Shown: one piece after another, positions 1 to 13,138 of the stretch
How positions within the stretch are numbered: the first letter of the stretch is position 1
Layout of the letters: every line of letters begins with the position of its first letter
From: Psammoneis japonica
Lineage: Eukaryota
Assembly: GCA_008632985.1 (NCBI GenBank)
Contig: QPGO01000016.1
Coordinates: forward strand, 592,840 to 656,839
Direction of reading: 5' to 3'
DNA length: 64,000 nt
Made by a program: the position numbers and the translations under genes
The notes under the pieces: generated by a model
Databases searched by the model: none
Told to the model about the DNA's origin: nothing
The model's input: only the letters and a program-made list of their open reading frames with translations

Positions 1-2179
1 CAGAAAAGATTTCTCGCATGCTCCCTGAAAACGTGTGGGTGGGAATGGGATTTGGATGGGATGCAGTCCCATGCAAACATCACTTCAGACAAAGTTGTTG
101 ACATGATCATCGACAAGATTCAAACCACCTCTGCAAGTGCTCAACTTGTGTTGACCATTGCTGCGTGCTCTGGCCTGGCAAGGTTTGACATTGACACGTT
201 GTTTTCAATGACACAAGCAATCGCCGACGTCCACAAGGAGGAAGCCATTGAAAGCATGGGGAGACTCCATTCTGTTTTGGAGACTGCCGCTCAAGATGGA
301 CTTCTTGAGGAACTCACACCTGGTGAGTTTAAGTTCGCCCACGACCGGGTGCCAGAAAGTGCAACTTCTCTTCTTCCCAGCGGCCAAAAGAAAGTTTTGC
401 TTCACTGCAAGATTGGGCAACGGCTGCAAAACATGAGTTTGATGGCCAATGACAACAGCCATGTTGGCAAGACCCGGCTCCTCCTGCTTGGTGTTTGCCA
501 GCTGAATCTTGCCAAAGACCTTGCAGTGGATGTAGAGGAAAGAGAAGAGGTTGCACGCCTCAATCTTCAAGCTGCTGAAGTTGCCATTCACAAATCCGCC
601 TTTTTCCCAGCAGTTGAATTTTTGGAAGCAGCTGCAGCTCAGCCAGGAGGGCAAAATGACAGGGATCCTTGGGAGCTGCACTGCAATTTAATGATCAAGC
701 TGTGTGCTTCTCTTGCCAAGATGAAGCTGTGCTGTGGGAAACTGGACGAATCTCGTCCCATTGCCGACACCGTCTTGCAACGGGCACAAAGTTTGAAGGA
801 CAAAGTGGGCGCTTGCAGTGTGTCAATTAATGGCCTTGTCCAGCAAGAGAGAATCGAGGATGCCACAGACCTTGACTTGTTGGCAATGGACCAGCTTGGC
901 CTCCATCTTCCTCAACGAAACTTGCATTTTCATGTTGCTGTCAACCTGATGAAAACAAGAAGGCTTGCAAAGGGCAAGTCAGATGCGGAATTGCTTGTGG
1001 ATGATGAGAGGTTGCAAACAGCGGCGCCTTTCCATTCAGAGGTGGGGGGGATGTGCTTTCCATCTGGCAACAGCCAGTTGTTGGCAACTGCATTCTTGCC
1101 GGGGCACAACAGACATTGTTGCATGGGCCAAATGATGGCTCATGTGTTGCATGTGCCGTGTGTGGGTTCATCCTGGGAAAGACTGGTGACATAAAAGGGG
1201 CCTTTCGGTTCAGCCAATTGTCGCTGCATCTTGCTGAGAGTGCAGAGCTAGTTCCGCAAAAGCCTCGCGCTGTTGCTTTAGCTCACTGTGCATCTCAGCA
1301 CTGGTTTCGGCCGCACCATGAGAGCCTCAACCCCTTTTTCATGCACGTGAACTGACTTTGGAAATCGGAGACATCCATCATTTGTGGTTTTGCATTTTTC
1401 CTTGCTGCATCGCCATGTCTGTTGTGGTCTCCATCTGTCTCTGCTGCAGAGTGACATGAAGAAATTGCAGGAGTCCTTGACGACTGTTCCCCAAGCTTTC
1501 ATGTTGCATTGGCGCAGCCCCTCTGGCAAATGGCATTGAATCTAATGGGAAAATCCCGCAATCCATTGGTTCTCAGTGGAGAAGCTGTGGAAGAAGGTCC
1601 ATGCATTGAGGAGTGGACCAAGTGCAAGAACGAGTGGCCTTTGAACTCACTGTGGCTGTCTGAGATGTTCCTTGCTTGTTGTTTCAATGATTTGACCCTC
1701 GCCAACAAAATGGCTTCAAATCCAGTCCTCCATCTGAGGAAGTCCCCTCTGCCATTCTCCCTGTCAGAGTGTCATTTGAAGGACTCATTTCCCTTGGTCT
1801 GGCCAAGTCAACTGGCAAAAGATTGCACAGGAAAAAAGGGAAACGGAGAACAAAGCAAATGACGAATTGGGTGAAGAGCGGGGCCGTAAATTGTCGCCAC
1901 ATGCCACTCTTTCTGAGAGCTGAATGGAAGGTGCTCGATACAAGGAGATCCAAAAGAAGTGCAGGATTGTGTGACAACGCCATTGTGACAGCTGCAAAAC
2001 TCGGCATTTTACACCATCAAGCATTGGCCAATGAGAGAGCTGGAATGCATTTCTTAGATGAGGGTGACACCAGTGGGCTGCAACTCCTTGACTCGCCAAG
2101 GGACCTTCACAGATTGGGATGCTCTCGGAAAGTGAAGCAAATGGAAGAGAAGTGGCTTTCTGACCAAGTCGTCAAATGA
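1..2179 (+). pseudogene. Degenerate AAA-ATPase/multi-sensor kinase-like gene (C-terminal helical/TPR-like part)
   Basis: Motifs FKFAHDRV.ESA.SLL, LNLQAAEVAIHKSAFFPAVEFL and QALANERAG are typical of this family. They are split across frames (52-1194, 1053-1355, 1509-1862, 1769-2179) with stops. The 380-aa ORF has no Tyr. 5' part lies outside the window. Confidence 0.7.
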
Positions 2180-4230
2180 GGACAACACGCATCGGTCCTC
2201 TGGGGGGCTTGAGTCACGCACTTGATTGGATGACGTCGATGGGGACCATCACAAGTTGTTGTCTTGTTGGATTGGGGCATGTCTGACTCAGAATGGATGG
2301 TCACTGCAAGACAACAGAGAGTCTCTTGATTCAAGGTTGTAAATGTTGACAGGGATGAAACAAAGTGTGTCTAGAAATTGTGACAACAAGAGCTGAATGT
2401 GAAACGTTCATTCATTTTGAGCAATTTTGACAATTGATTGTGATGCATTGTGACATGATGATGACACTCCCTCTCAACCAGAGTCACCAGCCAAGCAGAC
2501 TCTCATGACCAACTTTAAATTGACAGAAGGTGGTCCTTGAAACTGAGCCGGGGCATTGGCAGTGAGACCCTCAAGGGTGTCAATCATCTTGCCATGGTTT
2601 TGCCCACAGCAGTGCCCCACATTGAAGACAGTGGCTCCATTGAGAGTGCATGCCAGTGGTGCATGGGCTCCTGGTGTGGTGAGCACTCAAGTTTTGCAAA
2701 CCCTCTTGATGCTCACAGAAGGTTGTTGCCAGGGTTTGGTGAGCGCCGCGTGAGCATTCAAGTTGTGCACTTGTTGGAAAAAAGAAAAACATCCAGCATC
2801 GGGGTTTGGGTTGACAATCACTTGACTCACTTGCTGCCAGCTGAACCTTGAGGGTGGGATGAGGCTTCCCACTCCTCTCTCTTGCTGCACTCTCTTGAGT
2901 CCAATCTCACTTTGCTGAATGACTGGCAGGTGCTGCACGCTGTGCCACCAGAAGCTCGTGGTGGCGTCACCTTTTGCGTGAGAAGACATGGGCACACAAG
3001 TGCACACAAATGGTGCAGACACACATGAGCAAGATTCCTGCTGCTGCCTGGCCAGCTCTGTGTCTGATTGCCTCAAGAGACAAAGTCTCAACACACAAGA
3101 TTCTGTGCGTTTGGTGCAAGATGTGATGTGGTGTGACTTTGGAAGGTTCTGTTTGTTGCTGAGCATGAAACAATCAACAAGAAATCTTGGTCACATTCCA
3201 GAAAAAGTTGAACAACAACACACGCAACAATGGTCTTGACAACTTCTCTCAACACATCCACAAAAAAAGTCTGTGACCTGCATTTTTTCCCACATTTTCC
3301 ACAATGTTGTCCCCCCTCCTGTGCAGCATGAGAAAAAATGCTCTGCTCATCATCAACAAAGCCCTTGATGCACAATGTTGCTTGGTTGTGCAAGCTCAGT
3401 CCAGGGTTGTGCACTGCAGCATGGTGTGGCACAAAATGATGTGTGGCGTGTTGGCCATGACAAGAACAGCCCATTGGAAGAAGTCAAAGGAGTTGGATGA
3501 ATCGTTGGATGAAAAAAGGAAGAAACTCCAAGTGCAAGACTGTTGCAGAGCACTGGAAGAGTCTGACAAGTGGATGAAGTGTGGAAGGACACCTCACAGC
3601 CACAAGACCCACTCGTCCGTCGGGAAGCAATTGATGTGGGTCCGTCAATGACTGAGCTCTGCAGGAACAGGGAGCTTGTCTGGACTGTTCTTCATGGAAT
3701 GTCAGACAAGAACAAGAAGGAATTTGAAGAAAAATTGCATGAGCTGTGGGTGGAAAGGCATGATGGTGCTGCAGCGCGGCTCGTGACGTGCTCCAGCAGC
3801 CCTGGGTGACGCACGAAACGACGACATTCCCTTTTGAGCACAATTTGCACAAGCACTTTGTGCATCTCACTCTTTGGAGTGAATCATTTGGTCCAGACAA
3901 TTTTGTTGCTGGCATCAGCAGGCACCTGCTGAGTTGCAAGCTTGAAATTTGTTTCAAAACTTGCTCCAGGCAACTCTCAAAGCTGCTGCAGAAACCAAGG
4001 CAAGTGCGATGAGCAGCACAGGGGAAACCCCTTGCAGGATTCATCCCTTTTGGTGACATTGCTGGTTCAACAAAGAGTGTTGAGAATAATGAGCTTGTGT
4101 TTTTGTGGCGGGGGAGATTTCAACAAGGTCAACACTCCCAATCTCTGTGACACAAAACAACAAACAGCATCAGAAGTCGAATCATTCGATCACACGGTTC
4201 ACACGAGCTGAAGCGCGCGCGCGCGCGAAC
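1..4230. other. TpA-depleted (hypermutated) block 1
   Basis: About 5 TpA counted by eye in 1-1200, versus about 11 in only 240 nt of the DnaJ exon at 5161-5400. ORFs here almost lack Tyr and are Cys/His-rich. TpA returns abruptly at ~4246. Confidence 0.9.
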
Positions 4231-4393
4231 GAACACGTTTCGTCTGTACGTCGTCTATCTCGGGTGCATGAGCTGACGCGACAGCATGCTTTCACAAGAT
4301 CCAATAATACTGCACACACGTAGAAATCTACGACAGACGCCGACCGAAGAATATATCTTTTCCTTCACACCACAAAAACAACAACAAACAACC

Positions 4394-6335
4394 ATGGCGG
4401 GACGACGACAAGAAAAAGCAAGCCGACGCCGAAAAGGCCAAGGCTGAAGCGGAAGCGGAACAAAAGAAAAAAGAAGCAGAAGAAGCAGCGGCACAGCTTC
4501 AAGAAATGTTTGCAGCAAGGTAAGTTGTTGTAGTATGCGTTTATTCCCGGAAAAAATCGTTTCACAGTCATGCTCAATATTCTGTTTTTTTTTTTTTTAA
4601 TTCAGCAAACCCAAAAATGTCGGTGAGGGTCTCACAAGTGGTGTGGGTAACATTTTGGGTGCCGCCGTGGGTGCTTGTGGAATTGTTGTGTTGGCACCAA
4701 CGTTGGGATTGGGTGTTGGAGTCAAACACGGTGGATTGCTTGGTGGTGTCGTGGGTTTGACGGGTGGTGCCGTTGTGGGCGTATTGGGTGGTGCCGCCGT
4801 GGCTGTGGGAGGTGTGTATTTATGAAAAGAGAGAGTGTGTGTAGTATAATATGTGTTTCCTCTAGTTATCATCAACTTACCATACAATTGATTTACTCTC
4901 TCTCTTTTTTCAGGAGCCGTCTCGGGCGTGACGCAGGTGGTTCGTGGTGTCGTGGCGACACCCGCCGCCATTATGGCTCCCCGTCAGGGCAAGTGGTGGA
5001 ATGAGAAAAAGGGCACGTGGGTTTCGACGAGTTTGCCCGAAGACGCCAAGCGCATCTTGGAAAATGCTCCCGACGATGACATGGATATATTGGGTGCCGC
5101 CACGGCTGAAGTGGAAGAGGGTGAAAATGTAGAAATTACCGGAACGGCCGTGGATACCTATTATTACGATGTCCTTGGTGTCGGTCCAACGGCGGAACCG
5201 TCTGCCATTAAACGTAAATATTACGTCCTGGCTCGAAAGTACCATCCCGACAAGGTCGGACCGGACGACAAGGAGGCGGCAGACAAATTCAAGGAAGTTT
5301 CCGAAGCCTACCAAGTGCTGAGTGATCCCGTATTGCGTGCCAAATACGACAAGGAGGGTAAGGACGGATTGTCGGCCGACAAGACGGACATTGCCCAAAC
5401 GGCACCACAACTCGATCCGGCCATTTTATTTGCCTTTTTGTTTGGATCCGACAAATTCCACAATTACGTCGGACGCTTGGCGACGGCCACGTCGGCATCG
5501 ATTGGAGACGCACCCAAAATTTCCAAAGAGGACGCCGAAACGCTTCAAGTGCGTCGTGTGACGCGTCTTGCCGTCTTTTTGGCCGACAAGGTGGATCAGT
5601 ATACGGACGAAACGGCCGAAACGGAACGTGCCAAGTGGGTGGCGGAAGCCAATGAGTTGGCCATGGCGAGTTATGGAATTCAAATGGTGAATCTAATTGG
5701 ACAGGTACGTAGTAGAATGTGCTGTACTATATTATTGTGGTACGGTACGGGACTCTCTGACACTGCTTTTCTCTCTATTTCATTCATAGATTTACACATT
5801 GGCAGCAGAAATGTTTTTGGGTTCCTTGGATTCCCAGATTGGCATGGTGAGTCTCAACAAGTGGGCCAAGAACCGTCACGCCAAAATCAAGAAAAAATCG
5901 GCCGCCAACACCAACAAACTCGACACACTCAAGGCGGGTTTGGAAGCCATGAAGCTTCAACAAAAGGCAGCCAAGGATTTGGAGGGTGCCAAGACGGAAG
6001 AGGAAAAAAAGAAATTACAAGAAGAATTGGAGGGCGTCATGGCGGAGACGCTTTTGAAAATCATGTGGACCACGACCGTGGTGGATGTGACCAATACACT
6101 CCATGAAACGTGTCAAATGGTAATGTTTGATCAAAGCACATCCAAGGAGGAACGCAAACGTCGTGCCGAAGCACTCAAAGCGTTGGGTGAGGTGTTTGAA
6201 GAGTGTCCACCACCTGAGAAGAAGGATGGCGAGGAAGAAGTCAATGCCAAGAAATTATACGAGGAGGCGGCGTTTGCGGCCATGTTGGAAACCATTAAGC
6301 GAAAGGAAGAAGCGGCGGCTCAGAGTGAACTTTAG
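4394..6335 (+). CDS. DnaJ (Hsp40) protein with C-terminal DnaJ-X domain, 4 exons
   Basis: J-domain YYDVLGV...IKRKYYVLARKYHPDK...FKEVSEAYQVLSDP, followed by X-domain-like sequence (FLFGSDKF..YVGRL; MWTTTVVDVTNTL). GT-AG introns at ~4520-4605, ~4813-4913 and ~5705-5789. Exon 1 needs one G removed at ~4400. Confidence 0.85.
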
Positions 6336-6531
6336 GAGAAAAACCAAGTATTGAGGATTTTGTCGAGATGTGTGTTTGTGTCATAGTTTGACTTGTCTGT
6401 AGTTTTAGTCAAACCAAACAGTTTACCAGAACTATCATGTTTCAGAATCATCTTTCGTCGTGGTACCCTGTTGTGATTGTTTTAGCCATTGTGTGAGTTT
6501 AGAGTTTGTTTTATGGCCAAAGTTTTCTATA

Positions 6532-7890
6532 TTATGCAATCTGAAGTCGCTGTCCAGGCGATCGAATAAAGTCTAGGATAGACTCCAGTCCAATATCCGT
6601 TTCCTGACTTTTGTAGTATCCCCCATTGTCGGGAATGTCCAACAATACCATTGTCGGTTCCTCTATTGGCACAAGGCGGAGAGCATGGCGCACGTTGGAT
6701 GCTAGTCCTTTGGATTCGATTGCCCAAAAAAAGAAAACAGCCGTGGCGGTGCATTCGGCGCGGTAGTTTTCGGCCGCCATTTTGATTGCTTCCACGATAT
6801 CTTCTTGTTCGTCATCATCGCATCCTTCGCAAAAAACAACAAGACACCGTGTGTGTTGATGTCGTGTGTCGTGGTGGTCAAGTCACCGTAGGGTTTGGGA
6901 TGGTACGGAAAGTCACTAATGTAATCCGTGTGTTGAATAATACTTACCAAATCCTTGTTGATGACGGCGCGTGTCATGCTCCCATCGCTTTGTCTTTGAA
7001 CCGGACTCAACATGATGAGTGTCGGAAGGGCATTCACACGATAGAGTTTAAACAAGCCCGTCATGGCCTCCTTCTCCGAGTATGGCAGTGCACAAAAGGA
7101 CATGGTTTTATAATAGTCAATGAAATCCTCGAACGTATCGTCCTTGCTTAGAAACAAAAGCTGGTTGATAGTAAGAGACATATTTGAGAGTCAGTTGCTG
7201 TAACACGGAAAACAAACAGCGCTGATTCCTTCATGAATATACGTACTTCGAAATCTTCTCGCATCGCCTTGAGTTTCATGTATGCGCAATTCAATTTCTT
7301 TGTAAATACTTGACACGGCTTACACCAATGAGCTGAAAAGTAAAGCATGAGATATTTTTCGTCTAAACTGGATGTTGACAGACACAAGGTCGGGCTCTTC
7401 ATTAGAGTTTTCGGGAGTAGCTCTGTGATTGGCTTTGGTCTCCACGGAAACTTTATTCCGCTTGGATCCATTGACACTTCTCCGACTCCGTCGGCCACCA
7501 ATATATCGCCCGATGCATCCAAATTACTAAATGAGGAATACCTTGTGCTCCGTATGTTCGTCCCAAGCTTTCAATCACTGGGTTGCCTCTCTCAATGCAC
7601 CACCACGGCATGTTTTTCGTATACGCTTGATACTCGGCATTCGTTCGATCCATGGAACAATAGACAACCTCAAAGTCGTCTTCTTTCTTATTATTTTCTG
7701 CTTTGAGTTTCTTGTACAGTTCAATCAAAACGGGGGTGAATCGTTGACAAGGTCGGCACCAATGGGCGGAAAAGTACAACAAGACCAACCGGTTTGCGAG
7801 AACCTCGGACGCTTTGGCGAGCGTGTTGGTCGATGGAGACCACAGCTCTGTACGTCCAAATTGATGAATCAATTCTTGATAACTACACAT
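6532..7890 (-). CDS. Nucleoredoxin/tryparedoxin-like multi-thioredoxin-domain protein
   Basis: Two LYFSAHWC(R/K)PC active-site motifs, plus GIPHLVI and FPWRPK. One intron at ~7163-7246. Apparent 1-nt frameshifts near 7522 and 6850. Confidence 0.85.
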
Positions 7891-8493
7891 GGTGCTTGCT
7901 TTCTACAGACCGAACGGCCATGCAATGAAGCTTTCCGGTCAATCACGGTTGAATTGTAATCAGAAGAACAGCAAACAGCAACACTGCAAAACGCACGAGC
8001 ACGAAAGCGAATGATGTGAAGAGCGATGGATGCGAGACGTGGTGAACTTCAACACAGATCGCTACAATTTTCCTATTGCCCTCATCCTGACAAAGACATT
8101 AATGTTTAGGGGATAGGTCCTTTCAACGGAAACAACCGAAAACCACACTATGTCCATTTGATGTTAGGGCAATAGACTTTTTGTGAATACTGCTCAGGCA
8201 TTATTCAATATGATGTCTGTGCGTTGTGACATTCAGCATCGCGCGCGAGTCGCGAGCCCTCACAAGCAGAGCGAGACCGCGCGCGATCCCACAGGCTCTG
8301 AGCCTGTGGCGATCCGTCCGCGAATAAGGTTACGCGAAATGAAGATGCTGTTGTATTGTTGATGTGTGAAAGGTATCGGTAGACTAAACGCAAATGCCGG
8401 GGCCTCACGCTTCGTACGCTGCTTTCGACAGTTCATTTAGGAGTATCTTTTAGAGACCAACAAAAATTGGAATGAACGTCAAAATTCGATGAG

Positions 8494-10124
8494 ATGAGTG
8501 AACAGACAAGAGCAAAAGGCGAGAAGCGTCCACCTTCTAGGATGCAGAAGGCGCATGCAACAGGTACAGGTGCGAAGAACAAAACGGATTCGCAAGAGTC
8601 GGATGGGAAGCTGTCTGCCGAAATCAAAGAATCCTCATCCGGACTGCCGGCAGATGTGAGAAGGTCGCAGTCGGCAACCTTTGATCACCACGTTTCAAAG
8701 AATTCTGCCGACCAGCGTTTTCTTTTACGGCAGCAGCTTGTCAAGGAAAAACTTTCCGAAGAAGTCATTGAAGAAATTGTGAGAAACCACCCCAAGACAT
8801 GCAAGTGCCGATATCGCTTTTCCTATCCGAAATTCAAGCGAAGGACGATGGAACTATTCCCTCTTGCTAGAATATGTTGTTTGAATCCATCACTGGATCT
8901 TGTGAGGCTTGTGCACGAGACATATCCTGAAGCTATCGCTGAAAAAGATGACGAAGGCCGTTTACCATTGCACTGTGCCTGTCGTTTTGATGCATCGAAA
9001 TCTGTTGTTGACTACTTGATCCAACACTACGGTAATGCCGTGAAAATTCAAACAAGCAAAGGTGTTCTTCCCTTGCACTACTCGTGTCGAAACCAAAATG
9101 TAGAGGTGGTCCACGATTTGATATCGCTTTATCCGGAATCAGTCGAGGTTACCACCGATCTATCGTGGCTGCCGCTTCACTATGCATGTAATCAAGAAAA
9201 GGAGTCAAGGTCAAACATGCTCGTTTCCTACTTGATATCGTTGTGGCCACATGCCTGCCAGGAAAGACGACAAGTGGTTCACTTCCGCTACACTACGCAG
9301 CGGGCGAGGCTTCCTTTCCAACAATCAAGACTCTTCTCTCTGTGTATCCACATGGTGTCAGGGTAAGAAACAATTCGCAGAGCCTGCCATTACATCATGC
9401 CTGTTACAGACGGGCTCCTATAAAGGTGATCAATTTGATGGTTCAGTTGTACCCAGACAGTGTGACTTGTAGTTCTAGCAAAGGCAGCACTCCGATCCAA
9501 ATTGTCACGGACAATGAGTCGCCACCAGCAGTGCTGCTCTACTTGGCAAGAGTCGAATCGGCATTGGATACACTCAACTCTTTACCATTTGACGCAAGAT
9601 GCAAGATTTTGGACAGCATGATGAATGAAGCCCTTCAGGAGACGCAGACTGGAGATAAATCTGTGTCCAAGGTCGCCAAAGCATCAATTCAAGGCACCAC
9701 TCATACTAGAAACGATGCGACAGAGAATGAAGGGGATGACAGAATTGATCCTGACACGGTGGACACTGCCATAGTATCAGAACAAGTCAATGAGACCATT
9801 CGGCGTGCGAACGCGATAGAAGCAACAAGCGGACAAACTACCACAGCCACAACGACACCTGGAGCTGTGAGAATGCGCGGAGTCCAACTCGATGACACTG
9901 TAGACGACGGTGATGATAGTGACATTTTCACTGATAATCAAGACGAGAGCAAAGAAGAGCTGATTGTCGCGTCCGAGATTGCTCCCCGGGTGACCGAGCT
10001 CGAGTCCGAGCTGGAAGTCTTTCGCCGGCGCTTTAAGGAGGACGTTGTAGTAGCAGATAAGGTTGTGACCGTCCCCACCGACGAGGCATCTCGTGTTGAT
10101 TCCAAGTGCTGCGTCATACTTTAA
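8494..10124 (+). CDS. Ankyrin-repeat protein with C-terminal CaaX (CCVIL)
   Basis: Repeated LPLH(C/Y/H)(A/S)C/A ankyrin cores. ORFs 8494-9366 and 9243-10124 join by a 1-nt frameshift at ~9263 (ggaaag). Confidence 0.8.
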
Positions 10125-10240
10125 AACGTTAACACAAGAGCTGAGGAGCCATATACTTTTTGGGAAATCTATATCGTGTAATGTCTTCTCTAAATTATGT
10201 ACAAACTTTATATGGTAGTCTCTATGTTTGAGACGACACA

Positions 10241-10963
10241 TCATAATTTGGCTCCCATATGCAACGGCAGCATTTGCCATTCAATACGTCCAGTCGAGAC
10301 CTCCATCTCTGCAACTTGCTTCAAAATGGATTGCGGCGAAACTTCGTCTTCCCACGTCTCAAGTGTTTGCGTAGTTGACAGCATTATCACGAAAGCCAAT
10401 AAAGTAATCAAGATGAAGAATAGTGAAACAAACGGTACACTTTGCGGTTCTTCTTCCTTGAAAAGGACCAATGGCACGGAGGTTCGCACCAAATCATGAG
10501 AACCCATGGAGGACTCGTCGTCGCTCGAGAGAGACTGAGTCGGGCTATCTTGAAAGGACACTTCCTTTATGTTGACAATATTCTGTTCTTCAGCTGTAAA
10601 GCTATCATCCAGGGTCACTTGATCTTGTGTTGTTTCAACAGAAACCTCTTCTTGCCCTTGGACGATTGACCTCTGTGCGATGCTAGTACTGGTCTTGGGG
10701 GGCTGTGGTTCTTCTTCAGGAGCAACAGGTTCTTCAGGAACGACAGGCTCTTCAATGGCAGCTGTCGTCTCTTCTTCTGGATTCGTCTCCACTTGCGGCT
10801 CTTCTTCGGAGAGGCGCAACGTACGTTCTTGCAGTGCTTCCTTTTCGACAAGTTCTTCTTTCTTCAAAGCGACAGCCGTTCTTGGCTTGCTCAACGCGAC
10901 TGCTGCAAGGAGCACGGCACAGCCGGTGGTGGTTGCAATGAATGCCGATTGGTTGCCTTTCAT
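10241..10963 (-). CDS. Hypothetical protein with N-terminal hydrophobic segment, acidic low-complexity middle and a C-terminal TM helix
   Basis: Open frame from MKGNQ; hydrophobic CAVLLAAVAL and FVSLFFILITLLAFVIML; E/P-rich linker. Confidence 0.6.
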   Translation of the reverse strand: MKGNQSAFIATTTGCAVLLAAVALSKPRTAVALKKEELVEKEALQERTLRLSEEEPQVETNPEEETTAAIEEPVVPEEPVAPEEEPQPPKTSTSIAQRSIVQGQEEVSVETTQDQVTLDDSFTAEEQNIVNIKEVSFQDSPTQSLSSDDESSMGSHDLVRTSVPLVLFKEEEPQSVPFVSLFFILITLLAFVIMLSTTQTLETWEDEVSPQSILKQVAEMEVSTGRIEWQMLPLHMGAKL

Positions 10964-11090
10964 TTTCTTGTTGATAGAGCGATGAAAAGGAATGGTTGAG
11001 ATAGAAAAATGAGCTAATTTATGGCGGGAAGATTGAAAGATCTGGCGCCCGGTTCGCATTGGCGGGAGGTTCGGTTTTATGAGACCAACC

Positions 11091-11147
11091 ACGTCAGTTT
11101 TTTACACGTCATGATGACGAGATAATATTGCCCTAGGAATGACGTCA
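11091..11147. promoter_or_regulatory. Cluster of three TGACGT (bZIP/aureochrome-type) motifs in a divergent promoter
   Basis: ACGTCA at 11091 and 11106, TGACGTCA at 11140, between divergent starts 10963(-) and 11260(+). Confidence 0.4.
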
Positions 11148-11259
11148 GCCTATCCGATTTTCATGCCTGGCCGCCGGCCGGTGGCAGCCCGCTTGATCTC
11201 GTGCTCGCAGAGCTCGTGAGAAGGAGAAAGATCGCGACGACCAAGATTCAACAAGCAAG

Positions 11260-12330
11260 ATGGGATTCTCAGCGGCAGCGGCTTGTTCTGTGGTGGTGTG
11301 CCGTCCACAAGTGCGTTGCGTTAGATCTACAAAGACAATCGTTGGTTTTATTTTGCTTCTGCAGCTTACTGGTATTTCAAACGCATTTCCTGTGGTAAAG
11401 GAAACCTCTTGCCTGCGAGGACGAACTTGCATTCGAATAAGCACAGACAATACGCCACAATTGCAAGGGCAAATTCCTAAGCTGTCCCATGCCAGCAATG
11501 AACAACTCACCAACAACCAAAGAGATGAATTATCGTTGAACAGAAGAAGCCTCTTGAATGAATTTCTGAGCTTGACTGCAACCGTTTCAGCGCTGTCGTC
11601 AGTCCTCCAGCTTTTGCATTTGAGGGTGGTGTCGGCGGCTTGGGCAAGACCAAGCCAGACGTTGGCGTTACGTTTTTGGATGGAAGCGACCCTATTCAAA
11701 ACAGTCAGGGTATTGTTTCCGCAGAGCTACTGTTGGAGCAAGCAAACAAGGTAGTGCGGGTCCAATTTGAATCGCCGTGGCCGCTCTTGTCCACGTCTTC
11801 TGGCCTGGAAGCACGAAATTTGCAACAACCCGAGTCGGCCTTTGTGCAAGTGATTGAGAATGCTTCTCTCAATGAAAAGCAAATCAAAAGCATTATCGTG
11901 GATAATTTGTTGGGATCACAAGGAAAATATGGTATGCAACATCCACCGGGAATCGTGACTTCATTTTCTTCGTTCATTCTCGCAATTTGCTCAACATAAG
12001 CTTTCACTCTTTCGTTGACTCAGGTGCTTACGGAACTCCGTCAGATATTAAAATCAAGCCCATTCGTGATTTGGACTTGTACAGTGTCACTTTACGGCCT
12101 TGACACCATCCTTGAGAGAATCGGAACGGCAATTGTTGATTCGGTTCGTCGAGATTGGTGGCAAGAATTTAGTATTGTTGGTGACGGGAACGACACGGTT
12201 GCGATACAAAAATCAAAGCGAACTATTGAAACAAGTGGCAGATAGCTTTGTTGCCGTTGAGGCACCACCCTTGAGAAATGAGTTATTAAAGTCGAGAAAG
12301 GATAATCTGAATGAGAGCGCTTGTAAGTAG
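11260..12330 (+). CDS. Plastid thylakoid-lumen protein, PsbP-like
   Basis: Signal peptide ending ISNA-F, twin-arginine RRSLL, and an AFA processing site after a ~11605 frameshift. GKYG|AYG spans intron 11932-12023. C-terminus LLKQVADSF.AV is PsbP-like. Second 1-nt shift near 12092. Confidence 0.6.
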
Positions 12331-13138
12331 TCCCCACAGTGAGTACCTATACCATAGATAGTGTTGCGTATTCGCAGGAATAACGATTCTTGATTTGTCT
12401 TGCTCGGACATGCTCTTGCAGTCGTCAAGCTATGGATGGTGTGGGGTGGGGCTTGAAACGTTTCGCAAGCAGCTATACAGTACTAGCTAGTCTCGACGGA
12501 AACAATCTGTACCGTAAGAAAAATGACGTATTTTTTTGTCTTCTCTTTAATGCCAATCGAAACAACACTTTGTTTGACTGATTCATTCTCTCGCACTTGG
12601 CAGAGGCTCCACCGTCTTCTTTGTCAGGGTCAGTCAGTCGAACAATCGGCATCATTCCATCATATTGAATCCCAACAGATCATCAACAAGCCAATAGTGT
12701 TTCGTGCAATATACGAGCCGGATTCCGGATGCTTGAACCGCATGCAGGCAGCAGAGCTTGGGCCGGGCACTACTAGCAATAAGCGGGGCCGTGAGAAAGA
12801 AGTACTGTAGATAGAAAGGAAAAGCCAAGTTGAGACTACAGTATCAAGCTGTAGTGAGCGCACTAGAGTGTTCACATAATACTCACAGCCTACAGTAGAG
12901 CGTTTTATTTTATTTAGAAGCTGCTGCTCTAGTAGAGCAATAATAGCACTTCTTAATTCTTTTCTGCTCCGACAGGTTCTTATGAAAGTCGCCAACCTGT
13001 CGGGGAGGGGTAAACCGCGACGCATCCGTTGGCTCATGTCTTGTCGGACATTTCGTTTTCACTGGATGGATGATTCGATTAGGGTTTGTTTTCCTCATTC
13101 CAACTGCAACGTTTTGATGCTCCGACATGTTCTCGCTG

